This document shows, piece by piece, positions 62,206-64,000 of a stretch of DNA of 64,000 nucleotides; the first letter of the stretch is position 1, and each line of letters starts with the position of its first letter. Under the pieces are notes generated by a model. It was not told the DNA's origin. It saw only the letters and a program-made list of their open reading frames with translations, and did not search any database. A program made the translations under genes and the position numbers. The stretch spans positions 5,022,001-5,086,000 of the forward strand of contig CATNEN010000002.1 in assembly GCA_950097015.1 (NCBI GenBank), given 5' to 3'. Origin of the DNA: Macrostomum hystrix. Taxonomy: Eukaryota; Animalia; Platyhelminthes.

Positions 62206-63522
62206 TCAAAGACCGCCCGTTGTGGCCGACCTGGCGTGGGCCTCACAATAAACTCGGTCTTCAACGCAGTAATAGCCGCAGTGACGCAGTCCTATGCCGC
62301 ACGTGGCGCACTTCAGGCACTCCGGGTGCATGGGCAGCCGGCCCTGGACGTTGACGAAGACTCCGCGAACAATTTCACCGCAGGCTGCGCAGATGAGGCC
62401 GCCCCCACTGGCGCCGGGAGCGGGTCGAGGCACCCCAGGCTCAGGTGGGCGCACCTGGCGATAGCCGTGAGTTGCAGCCGCAGCCGAGTCATGCAGCTGC
62501 GAGTTGTTCTGCTGGTAACTGTTGCTACCGCCAGCTCGATGGCGACTCGCCGCGGCCGGACCGTACGCGTAGCCGTGCGGAGTGAACGGCCTCGGACTGC
62601 TGTTGTAGTTGTTGTCATAGTGACGCATCGAATTGTCCGACTTGTTGGCCGCCAGAGACGTGTTTGTGACCTTGTTTTGTAAAAATATTAGTCAAAGGAA
62701 TAAAGTGCAGAAGAAATGATAATAAACTTTCTTGAGAACTTTTGAGCATGACAATGGGTGGGAATTTTCGATTTTTCGGGCTAAACTACAACAACATCAA
62801 CAACAACAAAGGAAAGCTCCTGGGCCAGCATCACTCAGTTGCGCCAGCATCACTCAGGGGCGCCAGCATCACTCAGGGGCGCCAGCATCAATCAGGGGCG
62901 CCAGCATCACTCAGGGGCGCCAGCATCACTCAGGGGCGCCAGCATCACTCAGGGGCGCCAGCATCACTCAGGGGCGCCAGCATCACTCAGGCTGGCTAGG
63001 CATAAAAAATAACTTGCAAACCTTCGGCAGATCAGCGAACATGCTTCCACTGCCAGCAGGAAATCTAGCGCCAGCAACTGGCCGCGCTGGGGGCGTGTGA
63101 GGCGGCTGATGGTGCTGCTGCTGCTGCTGATGCTGCTGGTAAAGCTGCGTCACTGGCTGCACAGAAGGCCTCCAAATATTCACGCCACCTCCGCCGCCTC
63201 CGCCACCACCTTCAAAGTCGTCGTAGATGCCTCCGCCACCGCCGCTGCTGCCGCTGCTTCCACCGCGTCGCACCATGAGAGCAACCTCATTCCCGGACCT
63301 GATGATGGCCATCTTGGCTGCCTCGTGCTGCAGATAGTCCGTCGGCTGGCCGTTGATGCCGACCACGAAGTCACCGCGTGCCAAGCCGCAGCGATCGGCG
63401 ACGGTGCCCGGGGCGACACTCTCAACGCTGAGCGGGAGCTGGTAGTCGATGCCGCCCTGCAGACGGAAGCCCCAGGAGTAGGACGGGTCTGGACGGCGCA
63501 GGCTGACGTGGTGCACCGCCAT
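62206..63522 (-). CDS. PDZ and single-LIM domain protein (ALP/PDLIM/Zasp-like)
   Basis: PDZ (WGFRLQGGIDYQLPLSV...CGLARGD...INGQ), YNSSPRPF motif, one LIM (CAACG...HPECLKCATC...YCEAH). Exons 63022-63522 and 62206-62670. Confidence 0.9.
62823..62992. repeat. 19-bp minisatellite in the PDZ-LIM intron
   Basis: CGCCAGCATCACTCAGGGG, about 9 copies. Confidence 0.92.
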
Positions 63523-64000
63523 TTTCGCTCGAGTCCCGGCGGACAGGCGGGCAGAAGGATAGGCAAGGGGTAACTAGAAATGCAAGAAAGACCAGAAGAA
63601 AAATTGAAAAGAGAAAAAAATTGCAAGAAACGAAACAGTTTGGTCTTTTGCTAGCACCGCCTCCGGCAAAGAAAGTGCCTTCGAAGTTGTATGACTTTTG
63701 AGGCTGTCCTTCACCGACCGCGGTTGGGACAGAGAAAAGGAGGTAGACAGACAGAGGGCCAGGCGAATGCGGAAAGAGCTTGAAGGTTGGAGAATGGTGA
63801 AATGTCAGAAAGATCGTTGGATGTGCATTCAATGATACGAGGCGCGTACATATAGCGTATTTTGCTAATGGCGAACTTTAGGATTCAGACGTGAGGATCC
63901 CTGCCACTTCCAGAACAACAGGATTCATCGGCAAAACCTCATTCCCCATCACGAAATTCCAGCCCATTGCGTCCACCCTCGCCCCGGGCCGCTGAAACGC

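Overview
Eukaryotic (animal) genomic DNA: GC-rich exons with GT-AG introns, and roughly one third of the window is locus-specific minisatellite. The style suggests a macrostomid flatworm such as Macrostomum, but this is inference only. Eleven spliced protein-coding genes can be modelled: HR96/NR1J nuclear receptor (-, 5' part only), a secreted PAN-like + C-type lectin (+), 4E-BP (+), an orphan Ser/Arg-rich protein (+), TMED10 (-), a same-strand run TMEM70 > MTG2 > UVSSA > NUP85 (+), PDE1 (-, with a GC-AG intron) and a PDZ-LIM protein (-). There are four MITEs with exact target-site duplications (two hAT-like, two Mutator-like) and two tRNA-derived SINE families, one carrying a CORE domain. Most notable observations: (1) the four-gene run looks like a trans-spliced operon whose short spacers have each been inflated by a satellite, up to 6.8 kb; (2) MTG2 may get its start codon from a spliced leader; (3) MTG2 intron arrays are built from copies of splice-site motifs; (4) the two SINE families sit next to each other at four loci; (5) one MITE carries a minisatellite seed that is expanded in a second copy. 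All gene models were read by eye and have no transcript support here.
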